A stretch of DNA of 64,000 bases, from contig JAHRHZ010000115.1 of NCBI GenBank assembly GCA_024137785.1, positions 189,111-253,110 on the forward strand, read 5' to 3'. Origin of the DNA: Ginglymostoma cirratum (Eukaryota). The notes beneath the pieces are model-generated. The model ran no database searches. It was not told the origin of the DNA and saw only the letters and a list, made by a program, of their open reading frames with translations. The position numbers and the translations under genes were made by a program. Shown here one piece after another: positions 27,441-41,254 of this stretch (positions are counted from its first letter, which is position 1; every line of letters starts with the position of its first letter).

Positions 27441-29394
27441 AATCCAAGGTAAGGACAAGAAAGACATTATATGCAAAGAGGAGATACGGAAGCAGCGGTA
27501 ATTTGTCAGAATTAGGCTCGGGCATTAGACCTCGAGCACACGTTCATGTCCATACACAGCATAAACGAAATATGTTGCAGTGTCATTTTAAAAGGTTAAG
27601 TAATTGAGCCATTGGTCTGATATATTTTAGCCAGTTTAATTATTAGAAAATGTAAGCACAGATTTTGGGAGTATGCAAATGTTTAACAGATGTAATCAAT
27701 TATGACGAAAAAAATGCTGGTAACTCCAGTGAAGGAGAGAAGGCAAAGTTTGAATTTTCTTAAATTGTTAGAGTAGGACCAATATGCAGATATAATTTTT
27801 TTTTTAAAAAAATGGGAAGGAACAATAATGAGAAAACAGACAAAGTAATGAACTTCAAATCAGGGAATCAAAGTTTGCAAGGACAGGAGTCCTTCAGTTG
27901 CATAGAATATTGATCAGATCTGATGCAGACACAATGGACGTTTTGAGCTTTGGATGCCCGTTATTTCTGTCAAACGGCTGTGACCTTCTGCCTTAAAACA
28001 TTGGATTCACATTTTGAAGTTGGAGCTCCATTTAACTTGATGGATTACTTTCCAAACTTTACAATATTGTACGAAAGCTTAAAAAGTTAACAACAGCTTA
28101 GAGAATGGTTAAAATGCCAACGTTTTGCTGAATATTTAATTGACTTGGTTACGCTGGCTAATGACCCTGAAGATAATTTGTGGTGAATTATTTCAGTTGG
28201 TTCAGGAATTGCAGCAGCGCTGTCCTCGAGTGAGGGCATTTCGATAAGAAATGTGCGAGCATTATCAAAAAGAAAACTGTAAAGTCTTTAACAGCCAAAA
28301 ATTGCTGTTTTCTGTGGCGCTTAGTTTTCTCCCACTAAGCTTTTTAGGGCATTTTTGTTGTAATTGCCGCCAGAGCGCTTCGAGTTTATGCGGTAAGTTT
28401 AGGTTGTAACCGCATCAATCCAGCTCGAATTGAAGGCTGGAATAATCCAAAGAATCTGAGCGGCTTCCCTTGTCCCGAGTTACATATGTCATTACAATAA
28501 CAGTATGTTGTCACTAGATGGTGTGAATCTCTGTCATTTCAAATGTCATTATTTAACACCAATGCGTCAATAATAACAAATAAAATTGAATTTGATGATA
28601 ATACAGTATTGTATACGTTCTGAAGTTAACGGTTATACATATTACCTCAAGTTAAAAATGCGTTAAAATCGTGGGATTCTGAGATTCATTTTAGTATATT
28701 GCCAAATTTAGCCTTTCATTTGTAATTGTTTATTTTAAGCTAATAGAAACATCTGAGAATATTACTCATTGAATATATTCTTAGTGTAATTTCAGATTAT
28801 GTCAGTAGCAGCATGCACGTTGGTGAGACCAGGTATGTTTTAATATGATACAGGGGTATCATATTTTAATGGTTCTATGCCAAAGGTATGCTTTCTGTTG
28901 ACTCTCAGCTGATCTTACTTAGTTTGTTAATCAACATTGTAGGAACAATTCAATTTGTGGCGCTGGCTTGATATCTTTGAAATTGCAATTTTTCCTTCCA
29001 TTTGAAGTATTCAGCAACTGTTTGTACCAGAACAGTTTCTGTCAGTCTGGTACTCGAGTTATGATCCACCAGTAAATTAAATATTGATACGTTCATTCTC
29101 ATGTTAATTTCATGACCATCTCTTAACACTGTTACAATTACTTCAGATGTTCTACCATTGATAACTTTCCAAAGCAGGAGAAGCTTCAATGTTTGGCTAT
29201 TCTTTAAAAGTAGAGTGATAAAATATGTTGTTTGGACGTAAACTCTCCTCAATCGCCCATTAGATTTATCCACGCTATGTTGCATGCATAGCCCTTTTAG
29301 AAACCGAGTTTCAGCTGACAAATTCTAAGTCATGATGCTGCGAGAAGAACATGCATGTTGCTGTCTTACCATAGTCTGTTATAGTTTCCTTCTA

Positions 29395-32300
29395 GGTGGG
29401 AAAACTCAAGGATTTAAATATAAATGACTATAAATTAAACATTAAACAGCATAAGATAGAAAAGGAACAAATCAGGGAAAGTTCGACAAAGTTTTTTTCT
29501 GGAGAGAGTAGGGCGATCCTGGATGGCCTCAACTTTAACACAAAAATGTTAGAGATAGGACAGATGAGTTGGCAGGGGTAAGGAGGAGATCTGCGATACT
29601 GTTGCCATCACAGAGACATAGTTGAGGGAGGGAATAGCCTAGCAACTCAACATTTCAGGATATAGAATCTTTAGATAGGACAGAGGGCGGCGCATAATAG
29701 TAGGTGGTGTTGCATCATTACCTAGGAAATCAGCCACTGAAGTAAGGAGGGATGTTATTTTGGAAGAGTCTTCAAATGAGGATTTGTTGGGACAGCTCAG
29801 TCATGACAAGTGGGTGTTAACTCTGATAGTAGTGCATTATAATCCCACAAGCTATCAGCAGGCAATTGTGAAACGGCAATGTGGTCAATTCACTAAGCTG
29901 GTTAAAATATTAATTTTATGAGGAGGTTTTAACTATCCCAATATTATTTAGGGTAATCACATTTCACAGAGTTTAGATTTATATATTCATACAGCACAGA
30001 TCTGCACAGGCATAATTATCACTAAAAGTGCTTTAATGCCAATTTTCTGCAATTGTCCCATATCATTGAATTTTATGATATTTGTAGTTTTGTTCCAAAT
30101 ATTTTTAAAGGTTGTAATGTTTCTGGTCTCTATTACCTTCCCAGGCAGTGCATTCCAGATTCCCAACAGCTGCTGAGTGATTCTTTTCCCCCAGATCCCC
30201 TCTGAATCTTCTGTTCCTTATCCTAAAATTCTTTCGTGACTGCCCTCTCATGATTGACCATTCAACCAAGGGGAATAACTCATCTCTATTCACCCCTCCA
30301 TACCTTTCGTAATCTTCTACACCTTAATCATGTCTCCCTTCAGTCTTCTCTGTCCTAAGAAAACAATCTCAGCCTCTTCAATCTCTCCTTATTTCTCAAT
30401 TTCTCCATCCTAGGCAACATCCTGGTGAACCTGCTCTGAGTTCTCTCCAACGCTATTACATCCTTCTGTAGCGAGGCGACCAGAACTGTACATAGTACTC
30501 CAGTTGTGGCCTGACCAACAACTCAAACATTGCATCTTTTCACTTATATATACACCACACATGATGAAAACAAGGGTAAACACAGGGCATAGTTGGGGAC
30601 ATGGGACTGGGATAGCATAGTTATTACGGAGAGTGGCTCAGCGATGGATAGGACTGTCAGCGAAATATTCCAGGGTATAGATGGTACAGGAAGGAAGGAA
30701 AGAGAATAGGTGCAGGTGACGAGATGAGCAGTGTTTTTGATCAGTTATAACATTACAGCTGTACTTAGAGACGATAGTCTAGGGATTGTGTTCAGTGAAA
30801 TTATTTGGGTGAAACTGAAATGCAAGAAAGGAATGACCATCTTATTGGGATTGCACTATAGTCATACAGTATATGGACCAATAGTCATCAGGAAATTGAG
30901 AAACAAATTTGTACGGAGATCTCAGTTATCTGTACAAATAATTCGATGAAAATGATAGGGGGTTTTAACTTCCCAGACATAGAAAGGTACTGTCGTAGCG
31001 TAAATGCCTTGGATGGAAAGGAATTTGTTAAGTGTGTTCAAGAAAATTTTTTTGTTCAGTATGTGGATGTGCGCACTAGAGAAGGAGCAAAACTTGACCT
31101 TTTCTTGGGAACTAAGGCAGGACAAGTGACTAGGGTATCGGAGGGCGAGCACTTTGAGGCCAATTACCATACTTCTATCAGTTTTTAAGTCGTGACAGAA
31201 AAAGGATAGAGTGGATCTAAAAGTTAAAGGTCTAAATTGGAGGGAGACCAAAAACTTTCAAACGTTATTTGCGGTCTGTTATTCACTGGTAAAGGGATGG
31301 CTGGAAATGAAAAACCTTCAAAAACAAGATTACACGAGTCCAGATATAGTGTGTTTTTGTTACAGTGAAGGGTAAGGCTAGTAGGTGCAGGGACTGCTGG
31401 ATGACTAGAGAAATTGAGGTTCTGGGCAAGAAAAAATGAAGGAAGCATATCTCAGGTGTAGACAACACGGATCGAGTGCATCTCTAGAAGAGTATAAGGG
31501 TAGTAGGAGTATACTTACAAAGGAAATCAGGAGGGCAAAAAGGGGACATGAGATAGCTTTGGCAAATCTGGTTGAGGAGAGTGGAAAGAGATTCTACAAA
31601 TGAATTATGGAAAAAGGAGTAAGTAGGGAGAGAATAGGGTGTCCTAAAGATCAATAAGATCACCTATGTGTGGAACCACAGGCGATGAGGGAGAAACCAA
31701 ACGAGAATTTTGCATCAGTGTTTACTGTGGTGAAAAATATGGAAGCTAGAAAACTTGAAGAAATAAACAACAATATCTCCAAAAGTGTCCATATTACAGA
31801 GGTGGAGTCGCTGGACATTTTAAAACGCTTAAAGGTGGAAATATCCACCAAGACCTGATCAGGTGTACCACAGAATCTTGTGTGAAGCTATGGAAGTGCT
31901 TGCTGGGCCCCTTGCTGAGATATTTGCATCATCGAAAGCCAGAGGTGAAGTGCCAGAAGATTGGACGTTGGTGAGCATGGTGCCACTATTTAAGAAGGGC
32001 GGTAAGGAAAAACTAGGGAGATGCAGACCAGTGAGCTTGACATTGATGGTGGGCAAGATGTTGGAGGGAATTCTGAGGGACAGGATTTTCGTGTATTTGG
32101 AAAGGCGAGAACTGATTAGTGATAGTCAGCATGGCTTTGTGCACGAGAAAAATCGTATCTCATTAACTTGATTGAGATTTTTTAAGAAGAGATGAAGAGG
32201 ATTGTTGAAGGCAAGAGTGGTGGACGTAATTTGCATTGACTTCAGTAACATGTTTGACAAGGTTCCATGTGGTAGACTAGTTAATATGTTTAGATAACAT

Positions 32301-33360
32301 AGAATGCAGGGAGAACTAGCCATTTGGATTCAGAACTGGTTGATATGAGAAGCAAAGAGTTATTGGAGCTTCTGGGGCAATAGAAGTGGAGAAATCCTTG
32401 GGTTCGGGTGTGCTTTATTCAAGGCTGCTGTTAAAAAAACTTTAGGAAATTACAGGGGCCATCATCCAAAGTTTTATGTCGTCCCTGGCCTTAGGGTATA
32501 CACCAGGGAACAGAAAGATAGCTCATGTGGTTACACTTTACAAAATGGATTGTAGAGAAAAACTAGGGAACTATAGACCAGTATGTCTCACATGAGTTGC
32601 AACGAAACTATTGGAGAACATTGTGAAAGAGAAAATTATTCTTCGTTCCGAGAGGCAAAACTTGATCAGGGATTGTAAGCATGGCTTTGTCAGAAGGAGG
32701 CCATGCCGAACGAATTTCATTGAATGTTTAGTGGAGATGATCAAATTTGTAGACTAGGGTAGTTGATATATTTTATATGGATTTCAGCTAGTTCTTTAAT
32801 AAAGTCCCACACAAGAAACTGATAAAGAAATAAAATTTCATGGGATCCTGTGTAAATTGGCAAGTTGGATCCAAAATTGGTTGAATGGTGGGAAAACGGG
32901 GTTGGTGCTAGAAATCTGTTTGAAATGATTGAACCCCATTAGTCTTCCAAGGGGATTAACGCTGGTTCCCTTTTGTTTGTGATAGTCTTAAATTATGTGA
33001 ATGAAATTGTGGAGGGTGAATAACAAGTAAGTCTATGGATGACTCAATGAGCCTTGTTGACAGTGAGGAGGAAGGCCTTAGATTACAGGAAGATATAGTC
33101 GACTTGGTCAGAGAGGCAGATCAATCGCAGATGGAACTTTATGCTGATAAATGTGAGGTGACAGACTTTGGAAAGAAGAACAATGAAATGGAGTGCTCAT
33201 TGAATGGCAGGACCATAGGAACGTCCGAGACACAAAGAGATGTTAGGGCGCTTGTCCACAGACACCCGAAGGTAGTTGTACGAGTTAATAGGGTAGTTAA
33301 GAGGCTGTACAAGATGCTGCCTTTATTTGTCGAGGTATAGATTATAAAAGCAGTGAGTTT
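29395..33360 (+). mobile_element. nested CR1-like LINE fragments (EN/RT), with an antisense piece at ~29985-30560
   Basis: MIGGFNFPDI..REGAKLDLFLG, GEVPEDW..VPLFKKG..CRPVSLT, SQHGF. Confidence 0.8.
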
Positions 33361-33529
33361 ATAATGTATAGAAAATGAAAGGACTGCGGATACTGTAAAT
33401 CAGAAACAAAAACAGAAATTGTTGGAAAAGCTCGGTAGGTCTGGCAGCATCTATGGATTGAAATCAGAGCTAACGTTCTCAGAAATGATGGTGAGCAGGG
33501 AAATGTTGGTTTATACGCAAAGGATAGAG

Positions 33530-36500
33530 TCGTAGAGTCATAGAAATGTGCAGCATGGAGCCTTCAGCCAAACTCATCCATGCCAATCAGATTCTAAATT
33601 AATCTAATCAATTTTGCCAGCATTTGGCCCATATCCCTCTGAACCCTTCCTATTCATATACCCATCCAAGTGGCTTTTAAATGTTGTAATTGTACCAGCC
33701 TCCACCACTTCCTTTGATAGCTCATTCCATACACACACAAGTCAACGCATGGAAATTTGCGCCGAGGTCTCTTTTAAATCTTTCCCCTCTCACCCTAAGC
33801 CTGTGACCTCTAGTTTTGGACTCCCACATTCAGGGGAAAAGAGCTTGGCTATTCACCCTATCCATGTCCCTCATGATTTTATAAACCTCCGACGTACCAG
33901 GGAAAATAGTTCCATCCTATTCAGCCTCTCCCTATATCTCAAATCCTCCAAACCAGGCAACATCAATGTAAATATTTTCTGAATCCGCTCAAGTTTCACA
34001 ACATCCATCCCAAAGAAGGGAGACAATAATTGCACGCAGTATTCCAAAAGTGGCCTAACCAATGCCCTGTCCAGCTGCAACAAGACCTCCCAAACCTTAT
34101 ACTAAATACAATAAAGGCAAGCATGCCAAACGCCTTCTTAACTATCCTGTCCACCTGTGATTCCACTTTCAAGGAACTATGAACCCGTACTCCAAGGTCT
34201 CTGTGTTCAACAACACCCCCCAGGGCCTTGTCATTAAGAGTATAAGCCCTGACTTGATTTGCCTTTCCAAAATGCAGTAACTCACATTAATCTAAATTAA
34301 ACTCCAAATACAACTCCTCAGCCCTTTCGCCCATCCTATCAACATCCCGTTGTACACTGAGGTAACCTTCTTCACTTTTCAATATACCTCCAATTTTTGT
34401 GTCATCTACAAACTTACAAACAAATGCCTCTTGTTTCACAGCCAAATCATATATACAAATGACGAAAATACAGTGGACACAGGACCCATCCTTGTGACAC
34501 AACGCTGGTCAGAGGCCTCCAGTCTGAAAAACAACCTTCCACCTTCGAAACAGTTCTGTATCCAAATGGCCAGTTCTCCCTGTATCCCATGTGATCTAAT
34601 CTTGGATACCAATTTACCAAGAGGAACCTTGTTGAATACCTTACTGAAGTCCACATAGATCACTTCCACCGCCCTGCCCTCATCAATCCTCTTCATTACT
34701 TCTTCAAAACACTCAATCAATTTAGTGAGGCATGTTTCCCCACGCTGAAAGCCATGTTGACTATCTCTAATCAGCCCTTTCCTATCCAGATATAAGTAAA
34801 TCCTGTCACTCGGGATTCCCTCCAACACCGTGTTCACCACTGATATCAGGACAACGCCCTATCATTCCCTGGCTTTTCCTTACCACCTTGCTGAAATAGT
34901 GTCACCGCGTTAACCAAACTCCAGTCTTCTGGCACCTCACCTGTGGCTATCGATGATACAGATATTTCAGCAAGGGCTCAGCAAGCAATTCCCTAGCTTA
35001 CCACGCAGTTCTGGGGTACACCTAATCAATTCCCGGGAACTTATCCACCTTTATGCATTCTATGACATCCAGCACCTCCTCCTCTGCAATACGGACATTT
35101 TTCAATATATCACTATTTATTTCCCCACGTTCTCTACTTTCCATATTATTCTCCAAAGTAAACACAGATACAACATATTCGTTTAGTATCTTCCCCATCT
35201 CCTATGGTTCCATACATCAGCAGGCTTTCTGATCTTATAGGGGCCTTATTCTCTCCTCAGTTACACTATTGTTCTTAATGTCGTTGTAGAATCTCTTTGG
35301 ATTCTCCTCAACCCTGTCTGTTAAAGTCATCTCGTGTTCTCTTTTTGGCCTCCTGATATCCCTCCTAAGCATACTCCTACTGTCTTCATACTCCTCTGCG
35401 GATTCACTCAATCCATGCCATCTATACCTGAGATATGCTTCCATCTTTTCTAAAGACCAAAACCCGAATTTCTCTAGTCATCCAGCATTCCCTACACCTA
35501 CCAGACTTGCCCTTCATATTAACAGAAACATACTGTCTCTGGACTCTCGTTATCTCATTCCTTAAAGGTTTCTCATTTTCCAGCAGTCCCTTGACCAACG
35601 AATAATAGCCCCCAATGAACTTTGAAATGTTCTTTCCTAATATAGTCAACTTGGCTTCCCTCCAGAATAGAACTTTACCCTTTAGATTCGGTCTATCCTA
35701 ATCCATCACTATTTTAAAACTAATAGAATTATGGTAATTGGTCGCAAATGCTCCCTCACTGCCCTGCTTTATTTAGCAAGAGTAGTCAAGTTTTGCACTT
35801 TCTCCATTAGGTACATCCACACACTCATTCAGAAAATTTCCTTGTGTGCCCTTAACAGATTTCTCTCCATCCAAGCCCTTAACGTTTTGGCAGTCCCAGT
35901 CTATTGTTGGAAAGTTAAAATCCCCTTCCAAAACTGCCTTATTATTCTTATAGAAAACTGAGATGTCCTTAAGAATTTATTTTTCAATTTCCTGTCGAAT
36001 ATTTAGGGGTCTATAATACAATCCTAAAGAGGTGAATACCCTTTCTTATTTCTCAGTTCCACTCAAATGCCTCCCTTCGATGTATTCCCAGGACTATCCT
36101 CCCTTAATAAAGTCATAACATTATCCCTCATCAAAAACGCCACTAACCCCTCTTCTCTTGTCCCTATTTCAATCCTTCCTATAACATCTATAACCTGGAA
36201 TATTAAACTGACGGTCCTGTCCATGCTTGAACCAAGTCCCCATAATCGCAATGATATCCCAGTGCCATGTTCCCAGCTATGTCCTGAATTCATCTGCCTT
36301 ATCTGTTAGGCCTCTTGCATTGAAATAAATGCAGTTTAATTTATCAGTCCTACCTCGTTCATTGCTTTGTTCCTGCCTGCTCTGACTGTTTGATTGACTC
36401 ATTTTCCCAACTGCACCAGTCTCAGACTGACCTCTTTTCTCACTGTCTCCCTTGGTCCCACCCACTCCGTCCCCCACTTAGTAGTTTGAATCCTCCCAAG

Positions 36501-37450
36501 CAGCTCCAGCGTACCTCCCTGCCAGTGTATTAGACCCCTTTCAATACAGTTGCAATCTGAGATAACAAGGTGTGGAGCTGGATGAACACAGCAGGCCAAG
36601 CAGCATCATAGGAGAAGGAAAGCTTAACGTTTCGGGCCTAGACCCTTCATCAGAAAGTTGCAATCCGTCCTTCTTAAACAGGTCACTTCTACTCCAGAAG
36701 AGATTTGAACAATCCAAAACTGTGAATCTTTTCCCCTTCTCCTCAGCCACGCACTCATCTGCTCTATCTTCCTATTTTACCCTCACTAGCTCCTGACACT
36801 GGATTTAATCCAAATATTACTGCCCTGAGGACCTACTTTTTAAATTCCCACCTAACTTTCTATATTCTTTCAAAATCTCCTTCTTTTCTCATCCTATGTC
36901 GTTCGATCCAAAGTGTACAAAGACCTCCCGCTGGTTCCTCTCGACTGTAATAATATTCAACATCCTCACCGAGATATCATTGATAATGGCAAAATGCTAT
37001 TCTGATGTCTCGTTGTCGTTTGCAGAAACATCGATCTGTGCCTCTGACTAAAGAGTCTCCTATCACAATCGATCACTGGGATCCTGAGGTACCCGTCGTT
37101 ACAGTAGAGCCAATCTCGGTAGCAGAAGCCTGGCTGTCAGGGCCAAAATCCCCCGAGAGTCCATCGCCTCCTACATTTTTCAAAACAGCATATTTGTTCG
37201 AGATGGTGATAGCCACAGGAGACTCCTGTACAACCTGCCTTCTACTCCTATCTTTCCTGGAGGTAAACTATCTGCCTGACTGCATTTGTGGTTTTTCTAC
37301 CTTCCTGCAACTGCCATCCATTACACGCTCTATCTCCTGTAATTCCTCATTGCCTCTAACTGCTGCTCTTACCGATTCATGCAGTCTGAAAGGATTCACA
37401 AACAAACACACTTCCTGCAGACACAATCATCAGTAACATGGAAACTTTCT
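33530..37450 (-). mobile_element. near full-length degenerate CR1-like LINE (ORF1 esterase + ORF2)
   Basis: Minus strand: ORF1 SGNH-like VIGDSLVRGTDRCFC (~37010-37070), KLNCIYFNARGL (EN start), RT DSQHGF..YVDFSKVFNKVP, KFVDDTKIGG, 3' tail at ~33530. Confidence 0.85.
36558..36655 (-). mobile_element. 98-bp PLE-terminal insertion with hammerhead motif (36626-36653) and 10-bp TSD
   Basis: TSD AGTTGCAATC at 36548-36557 and 36656-36665; CTGATGA-A-GGGTCTAGGCCC-GAAA-CGTT. Confidence 0.8.
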
Positions 37451-37829
37451 CTTAGACAAAAGACAATAGACAATAGGTGCAGGAGTACGCCATTCGGCCC
37501 TTTGAGCCAGCACCACCATTCATTATGATCATGGCTGATCATCCACAATCAGTATCCTGTTCCTGCCTTATCCCCATAACCCTTGATTCCATTATCTCTA
37601 ATCTCTCACATCCGACAGGAAGAGCACTTTACTCTACTAAAGGCCATCTTTGGGCCTTAATAGTCTAAATACTCAGAAAATAGTAGTCTTACTACTCTAA
37701 AAACACTGCTCCAGGCTATCATAGTACCGATGTTTTATATTTTTAAAGTCTAATCAAGAGACAGATCTCGATAGAAACATATCATCAAAGAAGAATCCAT
37801 TCTACTCACTATAATAGATTTACAAATAA

Positions 37830-38260
37830 GGACAGGTGGGGGGAAGGAGTAAGGAGTAAACCATAGGTGATTGGGGATAGAGCCCAAAGAGAAAGAAGTA
37901 CTGTTGGACAAAGGAGTGAATAACTATCCAGCTAGGAAGGTGAACAGCTATTAAAAGCTGTTAGTGGCCGACAATTGGTTGTGTGTAATAGTAGACTACG
38001 TAATAGCAAGGCCTGGTATGTGGGGTTGGTGTAAGGAAGTGGGAGAGGTCAAGCCCATTGAGACCAGAAGGTTGCAGGGTCTCCAGGCGGTAAATGAAGT
38101 GCTTTTGTTTCATCTTGTACTCAGTTTCTCTGGAGCGCTGCAGCAAGCCTGAGGCAGAAATATTGACCAGGGAACGGGGTGGTGTGTTGAAGTGGCAATC
38201 CCAGTTTAAGTCCCATGTCCTTACCCCAACCCCACATACCAGGCCTTGTTATCACATACA
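37830..38260 (-). mobile_element. Penelope-like fragment (second family) with short inverted arm
   Basis: KQKHFIYRLETLQPSGLN (PLE ORF C-terminus); 38210-38255 is an inverted copy of ~38000-38040. Confidence 0.65.
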
Positions 38261-39202
38261 AGAAACAGAAATTTCTCGAAAAGATCAGCTGGTCGGGCAG
38301 TATCTGTGGAGATAAATCAGAGACTTGTTATCATGTAGCCTGTTACTACATACAACCCATTGTTAAGAGCTAACAGTCAAACAGAGTTGCGTTTTTGTGG
38401 CTTCACGGCTGTGAAGTGCTGGCCGTGATCTTGATGTGCACGTCCGCTGGTCCTTCCAGGTGTTGGGGCAAACAGCAGATGGAGTACGATTCTTTATTAG
38501 CCAAGACGCAGTGTTTACAGCAGGAAGGTTATGTTGGAAATGTATGAAATGTTGGTTACTCCGCAGCTAGAGTTTTGTGTGTAGTTCTAGTATCCACCTT
38601 ACAGGAGAGATTGCACTGGAAAGGGTGCGATGGAGTTTTACCAGATTTTGTCTGGGTTGGAATGTATAAATAATGAAGAGTGATTACATTGATTGGGATT
38701 ACTTCCTTGGAGCAGTGGAGACTGAGGAAGACATGACTGAAATGTATAAAATTATGAGAGACGTAGAGAAGAAGGTTTTACCATTGGTAGTGGATTTACT
38801 GACCAGAGACATTGATTTAACGGAAGGTACAGGAGGCTTAAAGCGGGTGGGAAGATTTTTTTTTCACTCAGAAATCGGTGAAAATCACTATCTGTAAGGG
38901 TGGTGGAGGTGGAACCACGCATGCTCTTTCAAGATGTATTTCGATTAGTACTTGCAATGCCTTGCCAACAAGGCAAATTTGAATAGCTAGACGTTCATTT
39001 TGACTGACACAGACTCGATCAGTCAAAGGATTTTTTTTTTCTTTCCATGCTATGATCGGGACTGTGTATTCAACGCTATTTCAATCAATTAAACAAAAAT
39101 CATAGAACGTGAGTAAGTGAGTACCACTAAGTCAGTGGTTGATAAAATCTAAATGATTAATATAAACGCAATTGAAATATTGGTGAAACTTAAATCTTGG
39201 TC

Positions 39203-39250
39203 TTTATTTAAATCAATAATGCATAACATTGTGAACGCTATAACTTTATT
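39203..39250 (-). promoter_or_regulatory. candidate poly(A) signals for membrane IgNAR mRNA
   Basis: AATAAA on the minus strand at 39245-39250 and 39203-39208; alternatives at 40526-40531 and 39681-39686. Confidence 0.3.
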
Positions 39251-41245
39251 ATATTTCAAGCACATACTGTGAAAGACTTTAAGAGCAACAACTAATATTT
39301 TTAAAAAAGCAACGCATTAGCATGACAGACAAATTTCACGTTGAAAACAAAACTTTTGAAGGTCCTTAAGAAGCAGAGATAGAACAATTTAACGTAACTA
39401 TGCATTATTTCTTACACGTCATTATGACAACTCATTGCAACAGCTGTCATGACAGAGCACATCGTGAAATGATCTGGAGCCGATGTGACAAAGTGGGTAA
39501 CGTGAAAATTGTCCTGCTCGAAGTCAATAGTGCAAGAAACTAATCAAACTGACTCATTCTCGCTGCATCTCTGCTACAGTGAATGCAAAATCTATTCCAC
39601 TTTAGTATTTGAATCAAATAGCACTTCATTCTTGTTTTCGAAAATAAAGTTATCTAAGCTTTTGTAGCAAAATATACGTTTTTATTTCCAATACGTTTTG
39701 TGGAATTACAATAAGAATACTCTGATGTAAGCTTTCACAGCTTGATCAAGGTATCATTTTCCATGGCCTTTGAATTATATTTCAAATCATCTGAGTAGAG
39801 CCTCCTGTGAGATACCTCTCACGAGAAACAACTGGACCAGCCAGATGAACACCCTGGCTGCAAATGTAGATCATATGCTAGAAATTCAGAGGCAATAAAT
39901 GACTTCCTGCTTCCTAATATCTACCCACTGTCGTGAAGTCAGAGATTGAAAACAAAAGGTCATGAAACACTCTACACTTGCCTGGATGAATGCAGCTCCA
40001 AGTCAACAAACAAAAATCCGCTTCGTCCAGTAGGAGGAGTCCGCATCGTTGTCAGCGAATCCACTCCCTCCCAGAGACACTGACTTCACGAAAAACGTGC
40101 TGTGGTAGCAGTTTATGCAATCTACAGGATGCTCTGCTGTAAGTCTCCAAACCTATCTTAGAAACACCTTCTAGAACCGCAATGTCTATTGCCCAGAATA
40201 TCAAGGCTTAGAGATTAATGTGGATACCACCAAATGGAGCCATCAGGACTAAGTATCGCGCTCAATAATTTTAAAGCCTGCACTCCAGCTTCCATATCGT
40301 TTACGCACCTACAACACTCCAAGTCCTGTCATGACGCGAGTTGCTTTCAGCACAGCCAACCCACTTTCTTGCAGTCATAGCCCCATTACCACCTACCAGG
40401 CTTTTCTTCTTCCCCAGCCAAATATTAACTTTGTCGGCCTACTCTCTCTCTCTCTCTCCCGGGCGTGCTCAGTTTCTCCACAAATTTACGCTTATGTTTC
40501 AGCTTTTCCAGCGCGGCGGTTTTGTTTTATTTTTCACCAAATGGAAGATCCCCTCAAGCCACTCTACATCCTGATTTGCAACGACATTCACGGTCACTGA
40601 GTCGGCATCCTATCTTTCTAACAGCACAGTGGCTGTGATAACACAGAAGGACTAAAACGATACAAAAACTCAGTTCTCAAAACGTTTCCCATGGCAGTTC
40701 AATGAAGTGGAATGAATATTCATCCGAACAGAAACATGCACATTACTGTAAAAATTTTTTAAAAAAAAGTTAGAGCCTTTTCATCTTCTACTGATCAGGA
40801 CTTGTCAAAAACAACATACAATACAGGGGACTCCATGCGCAAGAGAACAGCGCTGATTCTTTCCGAAGTGGACCTTGATTGTTAAAGAATTGCAAAGAAG
40901 AATGCACCATTCAATTTAATTGGCAGTTACCAGCGAGACTTCATCAAAAGTTATTGGACACAAGATTGGTCAAGATGTTGTCCTGTGAAATGATCCAGCG
41001 GGAGGCTATTGCCAATTTTGTTGCGTTGAACCATAGTTTTTGGATTACTCCAACATGCATTTCTCTCTATAGTTAATGCTGAGAATTCTGTAGTGGCCGG
41101 GGGAAAACAGATCCATGATGAAAATTCATCTTCCGTACTGTTTGCCACAAGCCAATGATATGTAATCTATTCTACATCTGAGCTGAGCGATGGTCCGGCA
41201 CATGTCTTGATTTGAGCACGAAAGCAAATTGTTGCCAAATGGCTG

Positions 41246-41254
41246 TTAATTCAT
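41246..41254 (-). CDS. IgNAR: probable IgNAR TM2 exon coding part (M-N-stop), followed by 3' UTR
   Basis: Strong acceptor ttttacttttccccttcag|ATG AAT TAA; phase 0 matches the TM1 donor; two-codon TM2 exons are typical of Ig heavy chains. Confidence 0.55.
   Translation of the reverse strand: MN

Noticed and set aside
40561-40670. RSS-like CACAGTG ... ACAAAAACT preceded by a V-FR3-like reading (VTESASYL)
   Set aside because: The spacer is 30 nt (13 nt from a non-consensus CACAGAA), the orientation is opposite to the C exons, and the stretch aligns with the 3' end of a decayed LINE family also seen at ~14900-15040 and ~59460-59690.
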